A stretch of 64,000 nucleotides of DNA, taken from positions 58,464-122,463 of the forward strand of contig JAQGDQ010000406.1 of assembly GCA_030141605.1 (NCBI GenBank). Reading direction: 5' to 3'. The notes under the pieces were generated by a model, which was given only the letters and a program-made list of their open reading frames with translations, ran no database searches and had not been told where the DNA came from. This document shows, piece after piece, positions 39,744-52,229 of this stretch. Both the position numbers and the translations under genes were made by a program. The stretch is from Tubiluchus corallicola. Taxonomy: Eukaryota; Animalia; Priapulida. The number at the start of each line of letters is the position of its first letter. Position 1 is the first letter of the stretch.

Positions 39744-42689
39744 GCAGACTACAAATAATTGTGATTTATAATTTGAAACTGCGCAATATAAATTGGTTTT
39801 GTAATTGTACATTTTGTGAGTTGGGCTACATTATACATTGAATATCAGTGTTACACTGTAATAACTATCATTTTACAGGACTTTTGCATTGTGCACATCA
39901 ATCTAGCAGTTCTTTGCTAAGCTTTCCATCCTTCCCATCAATCAGATCATAATGTAACAGTTTTACTGGCTGTGGCACAGCTTGACTTGGTTCCCATTTT
40001 TGTATTTATTACCTAATTTTGCAATCAGATTTGATGCTGAACAAAGATCTTTGCTGTTGTTCCCACTAGATTAGAAAAGGATTAATTTATTTAAAGCTTT
40101 ACTGTAGTTTTACCAACTGCATATACTTAAGTTCTGATCAGCTGCTTAAATTTGAAAAACATTAAAGACCATATGGCCAATTAAAACAGGCATATGTGCC
40201 AACGTTGTTACTGAATTGCGTAAAATAAGTAAATCTTTTGCATTCAGTCCTTGGCACTCCATTTATTATTAATCTATTAATTAGTATTTTCTACGAAAAT
40301 TGTCAGCAGACACGTTTATTATTTGGAATACAAACATGTGGTGTGACTACATACAATCTATAGTAAAATGATAAATTGAAATCGAAGTTAAATTAAAATT
40401 TTGCTAATGCATGAGTAAAAATTTTCATTGGCTCAAAAAATTTTATTCATGTTATGTTAGTAAAATTATTAAAAGATCGTTTAATGTGAATGACACAACA
40501 GAAGGCACTGAGCAATATTATCTGTAGCACTTGACGAATTCTATATTGTATGTTGCAACATGCCATTTCTTTTTCCTTGTGTTATGTGTTCCTACTGCTT
40601 AGATTTACAGACTGTATTTGTATGTACATTTAAGATATTTTTGTACATAATGCGTGTAATTTATGTGCTTTTGTTTAAGCTAACTGCTATATTTAATTAC
40701 TACTTGTTCTGTGACCTCTGCATTATAGGCTTGTAAAGTTTACACCTTCTAGGAATAATAAATGAATAATATTAAGCGGTGCAAAAAATATGCCAGAGTT
40801 TTGACCACGATATTACTATAGTAAATAACAGAAATGCTTAAAAATTACTGCACGTATGATATAGATACTTATTTATAAACATGAAAAATTTAAACAAGAC
40901 AAAAATTAATGCTGCAAGTGCTTTTTGTCCACCATTTTCACTGGCAAATTAGGGGAAGGCATTTCTTCCAACAGCTGACAGAACTTCTCACCTTTTTTTG
41001 GGTATTCTGTCCCAGCACACAATAATTTTTGCCTTTAGTTCTTCTGCATCAAACGGCTCGTGCAAAAGTTTTTCTTTAAAGGAATTTGAGATGCAGTAAT
41101 CCAGAGAATTAAACCCATTTTTTCTTGATAAATCTTAATCAGTTCTTTATTTTCTGTGGTGAAGATCGTGATGTAAACTAGGTGATTTCTTTATTTTGCT
41201 GTGCAATGTCTTTAGGTGATAGAAAAAAGGAAAGGCAAAAATTGTTAAATGCAATTTTTAAGTTTATGTAATTTAATAACACCATTGCTAAAGAATAGGT
41301 AAGCACAGTTTACAACAAGAAAAATAAGTAAATACAAAATATCACTAACAGTATCACAGTGCAGTTTTTCCCGCTTTCCTGCATAATTGGTTCCTAGTAC
41401 TGATGTGCTACTTGTGATATTTTTTGTGTTTTCTCCTAATCTAATTAGAAAATCCAAAGCAGTTGATAGTTTGTGATTTTTTTCCTGTTTACACATGAAG
41501 ATAATGCACACTAGTGTACAAGCTAGCATTTTGTTACTTTATTGTGAGACTTGTAAATTGTCCAAATCATTTTATATGATATTCATTTGGCAGTAAGAAT
41601 TTTTTTGTGGATAGTTTATCAAACTGATAAAAATAATTATTTTATTTTCACATATATACATTATTACAGTTACTGTCATTGCATCAGAATCGCTAGATTC
41701 ATTTATATACAATTGTTGTGCAATTGTGCTGTCCTTATAGGGCTGCCTCACACAAGAGAAAAGGTTTAAAATTTTGTGTGTCATCTTTTAAAATATGAAT
41801 ACTTGCGTGTTCAGGTAATTTACACAGTATACTGCAATACAGAACTGACTGCTCTTTCTGTCTATCAAACCCGTCACCCCTCTGTTTTCTATTTTTGTTT
41901 GGCACTGCTATACTGAAGATAAAGAGCTTAACCTAACGGGGTGTATGTACATTTTAGATTGTTTGCCTCATAAGCATTGAAAGATTATTTTTTGTAAGTA
42001 ACTGCGGATGACATCACTTTTTTGTGTATCAGAAAAAAATCAAACAGAAAATATGACTTGCAAATTTTTTTCGTAGTTCCAATAGTTATAAAATACATGT
42101 ACAGTAGTATTTATTTATAGCGTCGCTCACATTAATTTTTTCCGATTTTTTCTCAGTTACCATTTGACTAGCTTCAGTTAAGGCACCTGCACCTGCAATA
42201 ACAAAAATCACCCTGTTTTAATTTAGGGTTCCGGACTATCTCATCAAGCTTATCAATTTGCTACCCAAGGAACTGAGATTTTGGGGAAATATTATTAGCT
42301 ACAGTCTGTGTTTTTATTGTAATAATTATAGTTAATGATGTAGTGACAGTGATCTAGTAAATTGTCATTTATTTATTTATAAACACCTGTTGTATAGATG
42401 AGAGCAGATAGCTTTGCTTTGGCTATACTAAAATAGTACTGTATATTTCATTGTGTATATGCAAATATTTAATCAAATTAAAAAGTGACATTTATAAAAC
42501 ATCTGTTCCATCTTGTTATATATATTTTTACTGCAGTACGCTTGTCTTGACGGAACTGTTATTGGAGGAATGGCCTACCCATCTGTGTAAAATAAGATTT
42601 CTGACGGTCGTAATTTCGGGGTAAAAATCTGTTCGAAAGATCGGAAACTTGATTATTTTCATCTATTTCGGAGGTTTTTGGATAATTGC

Positions 42690-42802
42690 AGAAGATTCGA
42701 GGTTACAGCTCCGACGACGGCACCATTTTCGGCGATCCGCATATCACACGAAATGTCTCGATCTAGTATCGTCTAATTAATTTGGTTTATTTTTCGAATC
42801 GA
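42690..42802 (+). repeat. Diverged fragment related to the 5' region of the Helitron-like element
   Basis: gattcgaggttacagctccgacgacggcaccattttcggcgatc..atatcacacgaaatgtctcgatctag..tggtttatttttcgaat aligns with 1156-1260. Confidence 0.7.
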
Positions 42803-43279
42803 AACGAAAGCAAAAGAATGAACAACTTTAACAGAAAATAGCATTTTATGTTGCATGATGATTTGTGCTACATTTTATTAAAGTGTAAGAATAGAAAAAA
42901 AAATACTTTTGGCGAACGAAGCTAGCAAATATAAGTGGTTACTAACAAAGTGATTATTATTAAGCTAAACATATAAAACTAAACGTACTTACAACAAACA
43001 ATCATAATTTAGTTTTGTGCAGAATACTAAATCGTGTTTACACAACCTGTAAAAAAATATGCCGAGAAAAACATCCCTGTAAGTAAAATATTAAAAGTAA
43101 ATTTGACATTTAAAATAAGTAAAAAATTCCCTGTAAGTAAAAAATCAATAAAAATTAACTCGACATTTAAAATAAGGCCTAACTAAAAATAGGTAAATGT
43201 GAATGGCGCAGAATATACAGGTAAACACTGCAGGCAAAAATTTAGCAGAACATTATACATGGTTAATTAACAATGCTAA

Positions 43280-44500
43280 TAATCCAAAATTTCATATTAT
43301 AATAAACAAACACAAAATTGAAGAAATAGACAACATCAAATACTTGGGCCTACTCATTGATAACAAATTAACATGGGAAACACATAACATACAAATTAAG
43401 TCGAATTACCAGAATAATTTCAAAACTAAGGCTATACGTTGACCAATATATTGTGAAACTTATATATAATTCATTAATTTTCTCTTATTTACAATATTCC
43501 ATCTTAACATGGGGCACGGCTTTTGCATCAATTCAAAAATTAATACGGACACAACAAAACAAAATAGTAAAATTAATAACTTTTGCTTCCAAATATGATC
43601 ATGCTACATCATTGTTCATAAAATTACACATTTTAAAGGTAAGAGCAGGAGATATTTATAATTTTGAGTTGTTTAAATTGATGTATAAATTCAATGCTGG
43701 TTTATTACCAGAACTTTTTAGTGAATATTTCACTAATGTTTTTGATATACATTCCTACTTCACAAGAGCTGCTTCTAATGAACAGTATTTTGTAGAGAGA
43801 TTTTTACCCGACATGGTTTCAATAGCTTAAAATCACTAGGAGTTAAATTATGGAATTCGCTGCCAAAGGATATCTTTGAAGGTAGCTTATTTTCTGCTTC
43901 CAAAAAATACACAAAAATCTTACTAAATGGATATACTTGTAGTACATAACTTGTAAGACTAATAAGCAAGATAGCAAGTTCTTTTTTTCTTTTCTTTATT
44001 CTCCTCATCTCCTAAGTAATTGTTGCTCTTTCTCATACTTACTTTTTCTCATAAATTTTTCTATATTACACTTTTTTGATGCTTATTTTTTCTTTCCATA
44101 CTCGCAGTTTTTAACTTTACTCACTGACCTTGGTCAAATTCCCCTGTTAATAAGATTCCATTTGAAACTACTACATATAATAATCCTAGTTAATGAACAA
44201 TTGTATTGCTTTGTTTAGATTTAGGTATATAACTTTATTATTTTTTGCTTTCAGTTCTTTTTGGATAAGTTGTATCATTTATACTGTTTTTATTATTATT
44301 TTTTTCTTATTTGCTTTTGTTTTTGTTATCTGCAGCATCACCGTTAATTTTTAATATACTAATCTATTTATAAGAAAGGGCAGGAGACTAGGTGAGCCTA
44401 TGGTCCTCCCCTGCCCTGCTCCATGATTATAATTACTTTATATTTTAAAAAAATTTGATGTCAAACTAATTGGAGAAAATAAATGTTCTATGTCTATGTT
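43280..44500 (+). mobile_element. LINE (CR1/L2/Crack group) 3' end with 3' UTR and tail
   Basis: IKYLGLLIDNKLTWETH, IYNSLIFSYLQYSILTWG, IHSYFTR, GVKLWNSLP. 3' hairpin gggcaggagac..tcccctgccc, then aataaa and a tctatg tandem tail. Confidence 0.85.
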
Positions 44501-46080
44501 ACAAAGAGAATATTTAAAAGCCTCTCGCATGCTCAACTAATATGTTCAAATTTGTGAAATAAATGACTTATGACTATGACTAACACTAGAACTTCGAAAA
44601 CTGTTTTCACCATGTTTTTTAGTTCTAGATCTTGGCATATATATCATGTAAAATGTATATTTAAAATTATTATGCTGATTCCTTTCTTTTAATGAATTGT
44701 AACATATATGGCAGACATTCACCATTCAGTATTTTAAAAGTTATCAGTTGGGACAGTCTTACCCATTGTGGATTTATAATGAGCTAATGTCTGTCTATGA
44801 ACTATCTCTATAAACAAACCTAAGTAAGCGCCCTATAATGGACATATTAATTTACCCAATTTCTCGCACTAGACAAAAATAAAAAATTGATATTATCAAT
44901 GCACGATAATTTTATTATTGCTTTTCTGCAGTTTAGGTACTTTTATTATTTTTAAATACGTTCAAGAAGTTGACAAGAACATTTATTAATTTTGGTTTAA
45001 GACTTAATTTTTTGCATACACTAGAAATAATTATGTTTATTAAAATTTTGGTCAAAGAACCAGACACACCCTTTCGGGGGTGCATTTAACAATCAATCTA
45101 ATAATATTAATAATAATAATAAAAATCTGCTATTATACTCCCTAATTTTTGCTGATGCTTAACCAGAGCCAAAGAAACTCTACTTCAGCTTTATTGAAAG
45201 GAGCCAAATCATATAACTTTTGTCCGAGGCACAGAAAACATGCAAAAAGAGACAATTCGGATCAAAATCAAACATAGTCAAATCAAACGTGAATCAGTCG
45301 CGGTGCATTAGAAAATAAAGTTCAGTAAAGTTAAAATGTAGCATAGCCAAAGTGCGGCGCTGTACGCTCATTAAAAATAATAATAATATGGATTATGATT
45401 CTGGTTAGATGATTGGAACTTATTTACAGATGTAAATAATTGTTTTTCGTAGTGTAAAGACGCAGTATGGTACCTGTAAAGTACAGATTATAATTACTGA
45501 TGACCATTTGCTAAATATTATAGGTATAATTTTAATGTTATAGCTTTTTTTCTGTTCATGGGTGCCATAACTCATAAGATTCAATTTGTTTACTATGGAG
45601 TATGGGTCATTTATTGAAAATAATATTAGTACATATTACTGTACATTTAACATTCTCTACAGAATGTTTGAAAACATAAATAATAAGCTGTACAATCATC
45701 TGATAATAAATACCATATCACAAGTATTATTACGATGTAAACACGAGCAGTAGAGTGGAAAAATTTTAATGAGTGGAAAAATAGACACGTTATTAATGTT
45801 TTATCGTGAAGTGATCTCCTGAAAATTGAGATTTTTGCTACAGTTAAGGCTAAGAGGTAAACAAAGTGAAATGTAAATGCTTTAATCAACACAATATATG
45901 TGCTTGCATACCAGAACTGTTCATAAGTCAGTATAGTTAAAACTACGTTTTGATGCTCAAAGTAGAATGACCCAAAAACTTGGTCAAATCTCAATTTTTC
46001 GTAATTTATAAAAACCAGCTCAAAATATATTGGAGTTTTATATTCTAGCATCAGATTATCAAGAAAGTATACAAAAAACA

Positions 46081-46190
46081 GTCTACGGCCATATCACGTT
46101 GAAAACACCGGTTCTTGTCTGATCACCGAAGTTAAGCAACACGGAGCTTGGTTAGTACTTGGATGGGTGAATACCAGGTGCTGTAGGCTT
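46081..46190 (+). pseudogene. 5S rRNA-derived sequence (SINE head) with a ~10-nt internal deletion
   Basis: gtctacggccatatcacgttgaaaacaccggttcttgtctgatcaccgaagttaagcaac..gttagtacttggatgggtga[CCGCCTGGGA-like segment missing]ataccaggtgctgtaggctt. No oligo-T terminator follows. Confidence 0.92.
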
Positions 46191-46594
46191 GCGGGATGCC
46201 CACACTGTATCTCGACACTAGGCGGAGGAGCTGCACAAGCAGTCAACGGCTAGAGGGCGGAGGAGGTCAAGTGACCCCAACGGCCATGTGTAGAATAGTA
46301 ATCCTTCCAAATCAGGAATGGAGCCCCAAAGGCGGACCAGTGCAGCATGCTCACTGACTCCGGCAGCTCCTGCAGCCAACTTGGTGCCAAACGTATCAAT
46401 CCGCTTTCCTTTGGACTTTCCAGGGAGGAAGAGAGGGGGTTCCTGTTGTCTGGGCAACTCAGGATCCCCATACACCTTGCCCAGGCGTACGCCCTTTAGA
46501 GGCCACAGTCGACACTGCAGCTCCATCAATGTGATCAATAACTGACTCTCTTGGTGCACACTCCATTGTCTTCCGAGACAGAAGGATGCCAACA
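46081..46594 (+). mobile_element. 5S rRNA-headed SINE (SINE3-type) with RTE-LINE-like body; 12-bp TSD ATACAAAAAACA
   Basis: Exact TSD at 46069-46080 and 46595-46606. GC-rich 514-bp insert in an AT-rich MITE; the sister MITE copy lacks the insert. Confidence 0.85.
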
Positions 46595-47051
46595 ATACAA
46601 AAAACACTAAAAATTTAATTTTATAACTTCTTACCAACTTTTCTGTCTAAAAACTAGTACTGCAATTGTAAAAAGCTCCTATTTTCAAATTCTGATAGTA
46701 ACTCCTAGAAGCTGTCCTTTTGTTTCTGGTTTTTCTTTTGCCAAGCCCAGATCTTCGTCAGTAAGAGCCATGGATTTAAACATAACTTTAATGTGCTCTT
46801 GCAAATCGTGGTTGCACACGACAAAAAACAATGGCTAACTTTAACAGCGATTTTCTCAAGATTATGTAAAACTTTTCAGTGCATAGCTTGCACTTCACCT
46901 TCAACGTGGAACATTTCTAGCTTAGAAATAACATAGAGCGATGCGCTTTTTTTCAAAATGATCCTCACGAAATGGAGATTCAGGATATGTGAATAACTAG
47001 AAAAGCTTAGTTGCCGACTTATGGACGATTTTGCATGCAAGCACACATATG

Positions 47052-50000
47052 ATCTGATTATTACAATGGAAAATTATAATCAGCTTGAAATTAGATAAGC
47101 CAGTATGTCGGGAAATATTGTATAACAGCACATCCCTTTGATTATCATAAAGCACACACTCAGACAAAAAATGTTTTGTAGATTCCACTAAACCACACTC
47201 ACACAGTGGAGAATCGACACTTCCAATCTTATGAATATAGTAATTAAGTTTAGAGTAGCCCGTATATAATTGAAAAGTTTGGAGAACTGTGACTTTGATG
47301 GAAAATCAAGTCTTCTATTGAAGATCACAGACAAACACAAATTGTAGAAGAATCTACCATTTGAAGTGTGATTTCACCGAAACCGTTATTTATAAAGTAA
47401 AGTTTTTCGGCTTGCAAAGTTTAAATACAGGAATTTACATCCATTAATTGAGCATAACGGGTAGCCTTTTTACCCAAGGAATCACCGAGATCATTTCCAA
47501 TAATATTACAATGACCAGGAATCCACATAAAGTTAGCATGAATATCAATACTATAAAAAAGTTTAACATAATTTTTTACACTGTCACATAGATCTTTGTA
47601 ACAGTTACAAGACCATCCTAAAGATACAATGCCTACTGAATATAGATTACCTGAAAAACTGTAACAATTTTGACATCTGCAACTACAAAGATTAACTGCT
47701 CTACAACAAACTGTAACACAGCAAAAATGGCAAAGAGTTCAGTTAACAAAATGGATCCGTACAATGCTATTAATTTACTGATCTGATAAAATTCCTGAAA
47801 ATGTGACTAAATTACTGCTCCTGCTGCACATGGTCCAGGATTGCCAGGACAAGAACCATCTGTAAACGTAAAAACAGAATTATCTGGAAGACTGCATAAA
47901 GAATTTAAAACAAAGGCTTTCCCAAGAAGTTCTTGTGCTTCTGACCTATTCTTTGAGGATCCTAGTACATTCCAATAATGAGGTTTAGCCACAGGAATAT
48001 CTGTAAAATTATCATTTAGATTGAAATCAAATTCCGGAACCACTTGAGAAATTATAACATTCCCATTCTTCTCAACCTCCGGTGCCAAAGAAACAACTTT
48101 TGCCATAGGAGAAATAAATCTGATATTACCGAAACCATCTGCTTTAAAATCTTCTAGTAGTTGTTTCGGAGGATTAGATAGTGGTTTAGATTCAATTTTT
48201 GCATACTCTGTAACAGCAAGTTCAAAAAATTGTAGATCCAGTGGAGTTACACCACTGCCAACCTCCACTACTTCAACACCAGCAGTCAAAGGAAGATCCA
48301 GACATAAAGACAAAGCCTCATCTGAATCACGAGCATCATTTAAACTGTCAACAAAGTCTGATGACCACCTTTTTTGAGCAGTGTCAAACATACTTTTGCT
48401 TCCATAAGTTCAATTTATTCTGGGGAAGATTTAACTCGTAAAACTTTTTCTGATGGAAGTTAAGATTTTTTATCTGCTACACAGCTACCATCCCACCAAT
48501 AAGGTTTCCTCCTAGCCTTTCTGGCACAAACTGATTTGATAGGAATCACTTCATCTATGCATGAAGATAAAGTACAGCAGAAGGAATTATATAAATTGTC
48601 AACAGAAACATTGTCATCACCATCCTGTAACTATTCACCAAATTTCTCATCTGTGTACTCAGAACCAATTAGTATTTTTAAACAACCTAATATTTTTCTG
48701 AACAAGGTTTGGCCTAAATCCATTAATGCTAAACTCAGAAAAAAATAGCTACATGGTCTGATCTTATGTATTTATGAGACAAAGTAGAGCATTCTGCTGC
48801 CTACAATGACAAATTTGGAGTTGAAATGACCAAATCTATTATACTGTTACTAAGTGTCCTTGTTGCTAGTCTGTCTCCCATTCAAAGCTCTTAGCATTTA
48901 AATATCCTACCAAGAGTACATTTTGTCTATTACAATTTTTGATTTCGTTACAAATAATTTGAAGCTCTCCGTGCTTGCCTAGAAGAGCATAAACAGATAC
49001 AGTGGCCAAGACTATACCCAAGTTTGTAAAACTATCTACAGCTGCTGCATCTACATTAGTATCTACAAACATTTTAGACTGTTTAACTGTAAATGAGGTA
49101 CAACTATCATTAATAAAAATTGCAACATCTCCATGATCATTGGGTCCTCTTGGTATAGAAAAACCTTTCTATGACATGAATTTAATTGGTGAATCAGGTC
49201 TCTCCCAAGTTTCACTTAGGCAAAGTACATCTATATTATACTAGATAACAATGTTTTCAAAATAGTGATGTTCAAACGGATATGCCTTAGCAATGTGACC
49301 AAAGCGTGAGCAGTTATAGCATCTAATTACCGAAGATTTTCTTGAAGACACCATTTGGCCATCTTGCCTGAAACCTGGAATATGAATCAATTTCCAATCC
49401 GAAACTTTATCAATTTCAGAGTGAGTGCAACATACTCTCAAACAGGCATAGGTTTCCAGGAATCAGAATGTTGAAGTCTCTCCGCTTTTTCTACCTGCAG
49501 ATCTGAGGACTGTAAAACATCAAATACCAAACGAACTGGAACATTTCTCGGTACATTTTTAATATAACAAACATTGGGTTTACAGTTAGAATCAGCACCC
49601 TTAAGTGGATGAACAACAGCTGAACTACCAAACAGTTGACCTCGAAACCAGTGATTGATGACATCTAAAGCAGACTTACCCTCATGAGCATAAAGGGCAA
49701 TACCTCCACCAACTAAGCTATGTGTTAATTCAACTTTTTGAGAGATGTAAGGAAACTTCTTCAATTTTTTTATTATAGCACCACTTTTTAAAAGTAGCAG
49801 GGTCATCTACTTTATCTACATCTGCCATTCTATCCAAAGTATAAACACAAGAGTTCTTATAACAGCTGTTAGCATTACTTGCGGAAATAAGATTGCCATT
49901 GTTATTAGAATAACTATTGCTACCACTAGAGCTATTAGAAGAAATGTTTGCTATGCAGCTAGAATTTTCAGAAAAAACTGAAATAAAATTGTCATGTTTA

Positions 50001-50300
50001 TTTTCACAAGATTGAATGATGTCAATTGTATCCTGTGAATCCAGCTCCTTGATAGATGACTTTCCACCAAGAATACAAAAAGCAGATGCAAAATGAATTT
50101 ATATTTTTTATACTTTGCCAAATCTTTGTAAGATATAAAGCACAAATGTTATGCCACCATTTTTTACAAATATCACATGCAATCCAACCAGCGATTTCTG
50201 TAAAACATAAACTGCTGGGCACATCATAAGAATTACATTTATTACAATGATCAATAGCCATTTTCCTCGACTTAGGCAGAACTAGCACCACGGAGGTTAA
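47052..50300 (-). mobile_element. Decayed I-group-like LINE: PHD + CCHC ORF1, APE, RNase H, C-terminal CCHC; RT not seen
   Basis: WIACDICKKWWHNIC (PHD), RCYNCSRFGHIA, DVLCLSETWE, SDH, FTDGSCPGNPGPCAAG, WIPGHCNIIGNDLGDSLGK, CECGLVESTKHFLSEC. Confidence 0.85.
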
Positions 50301-50389
50301 TGCAATATAGCTATAACATTATATCGTTAACCTCCGTGAAGACTGATAGAGATCACTGGCAGCAAAATGAGAGAAACCAGCACTTTATT

Positions 50390-51280
50390 GTAAACATCTC
50401 CACAATTCATAGTTCTTAATTTCTTCAAACTTTTCAGATGGAGGCATTGCTCACATAATGCTTATCACATTATCTCTTTGTAATGTAACAGATAAATGCT
50501 GGAATAAAAAGCTTGTAGACCTAGTCTCCCCCGAGACACATTGAATTCGTTTAGCTAAAGTACTAAGAAATTTTTTTCTTTCTGTGCCAAGAGTATCATA
50601 AGTTTCAATGGTAATTGGTACAAAATTGAAAATTGGCAAAAGGCTATTGTATTTCGTATATTTTTTGCTAACGGCTAATTAACTTGCCTAACCAACTAAC
50701 TAGTTGAGGCAGCCAAATTTGAGGGTGCCAATGTATTGACACAAGTAAAATCCCAAAGAAGCGACCCTCGGCCCAAGGGAGCAAAGTCATGCCATCCGGC
50801 CTTTTGCCATCTGACTTAGACAAACCTCTAATACTAATGGAACATGAGCAGAAGTTAAGGAATGACAAATTAAATCATTGACAGCCTGATGTCTTGAAAA
50901 CCCACCACTGCTTTTTAAACAACTTAGGCCATGGACTCCAGAACTATCTCCAAAAGTTGCACATTTGTATTGGTGAGGATGACAAGTATATGCACCCAAT
51001 CGAAGCACTGCAGCAATACGCAATTGATTATCATCTAAATGCAGACCCAATGGAGGGATAGGTAAGGCCTCAAGCCATGCATCAGCATGACCAGAAGATA
51101 TTGCTAATAGCTGTGCTTTATCAACCTCAGAAGGAGTCCTGGCAAACAAACTATCAAAAGATGGTATGATTAGAGGTTCGTCCCAAAATTTTTGGGAAGT
51201 TGAATCAGGTAAAGTTCTAACAAATACTTCAGCCTTTTCTACCCAGATCGATTTTGCTAAATTTAATTCAGACATAAGAT
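50390..51280 (-). mobile_element. CRE-clade-like non-LTR retrotransposon C-terminal fragment (restriction-like endonuclease)
   Basis: AWLEALPIPPLGLHLDD..LRIA..LRLG, HGLSC..S.G.FSRH.AVNDLI, DGKRPDGMTLLPW, FVPITIET, FLFQHLSVTLQR.N. Confidence 0.85.
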
Positions 51281-52134
51281 TATTTTAGTGCTTACTAATA
51301 AGCAGTATATATTGGGCAATAAGAGGCCTTAAAATACTTCATCAACGAAATTGTTACTTCCAAGCAAGAACTTTAAACACATGAAGACATTACATTAGGC
51401 CTCATATGTATTATTAAGCATTTTCATGGATTTTTGGCAAAAAAAGGAGAATTTGGCAGAAAATTCAATAATTTTTAGCTTCCAATACGATAGTCATCAT
51501 TATGCAAAACCGTAGCCTTGCGGAGGCATGCTTAACCATTTTATGGCCAAACATATCAGGTAAAGTGACTAAAGTAATTTCTTCTATGTATTTCCTAGGC
51601 ATTATATATAATGCAAAAGTTTTATTAGGCGAAGCATTTTATTCTTTTGCTTCAGATATACTACTTCTAGGCATTTTATAGAATGCTGAATAAATTTTAT
51701 GTAATGTGAAGGGAAAACAAATGGTAAATTGTTTTGATGAAATTTTCCTAAGCATTTTATATAATGCCAATTTGCTTCTAAAAGATTGTGTGAAATAATT
51801 TGTGTTTTATCTGTGTGCAAATCTCTGTGTTAAAAAGGTAGCTAGCATTTCTAATTAACATTCAGGTTGCATGATTGTTTATTCACAGCTGCTGCCTGCT
51901 GTACAAGTCCTAACAAATACTTCAGCCTTTTCTACCCAGATCGATTTTGCTAAATTTAATTCAGACATAAGGTTATTTTAGTGCTTACTAATAAGCAGTA
52001 TATATTGGGCAAGAAGAGGCCTTAAAAATACTTCATCAACGAAATTGTTACTTCCAAGCAAGGACTTTAAACACATGAAGACATTACATTAGGCCTCAAA
52101 TGTATTATTAAGCATTTTTATGGATGTTTGGCAA
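51217..52134. repeat. ~224-bp near-identical direct duplication (51217-51440 and 51910-52134)
   Basis: ctaacaaatacttcagccttttctacccagatcgattttgct...tttggcaa occurs twice. Confidence 0.95.
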
Positions 52135-52229
52135 TTTTGGATCTGACACAAAGTTCAGGCGGTTCACACTGGCCTCACTACTACAATTACATTAGTAGGA
52201 TGAATAGCAGAAAAGTGAAAGCCCTATAA

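Larger units (their letters stand above)
45897..47050. mobile_element. ~640-bp TIR MITE (copy A), interrupted by the 5S-derived SINE
   Basis: Ends atgtgcttgcata...atgcaagcacacat. The body aligns in reverse complement with 56105-56769. Confidence 0.75.

Noticed and set aside
46081-46190. Functional 5S rRNA gene
   Set aside because: Internal ~10-nt deletion, no T-run terminator, not in an array, and enclosed with downstream sequence by a TSD.
46218-46637. 139-aa minus-strand ORF
   Set aside because: Antisense to the GC-rich SINE body, crosses the TSD, and has no domain features.
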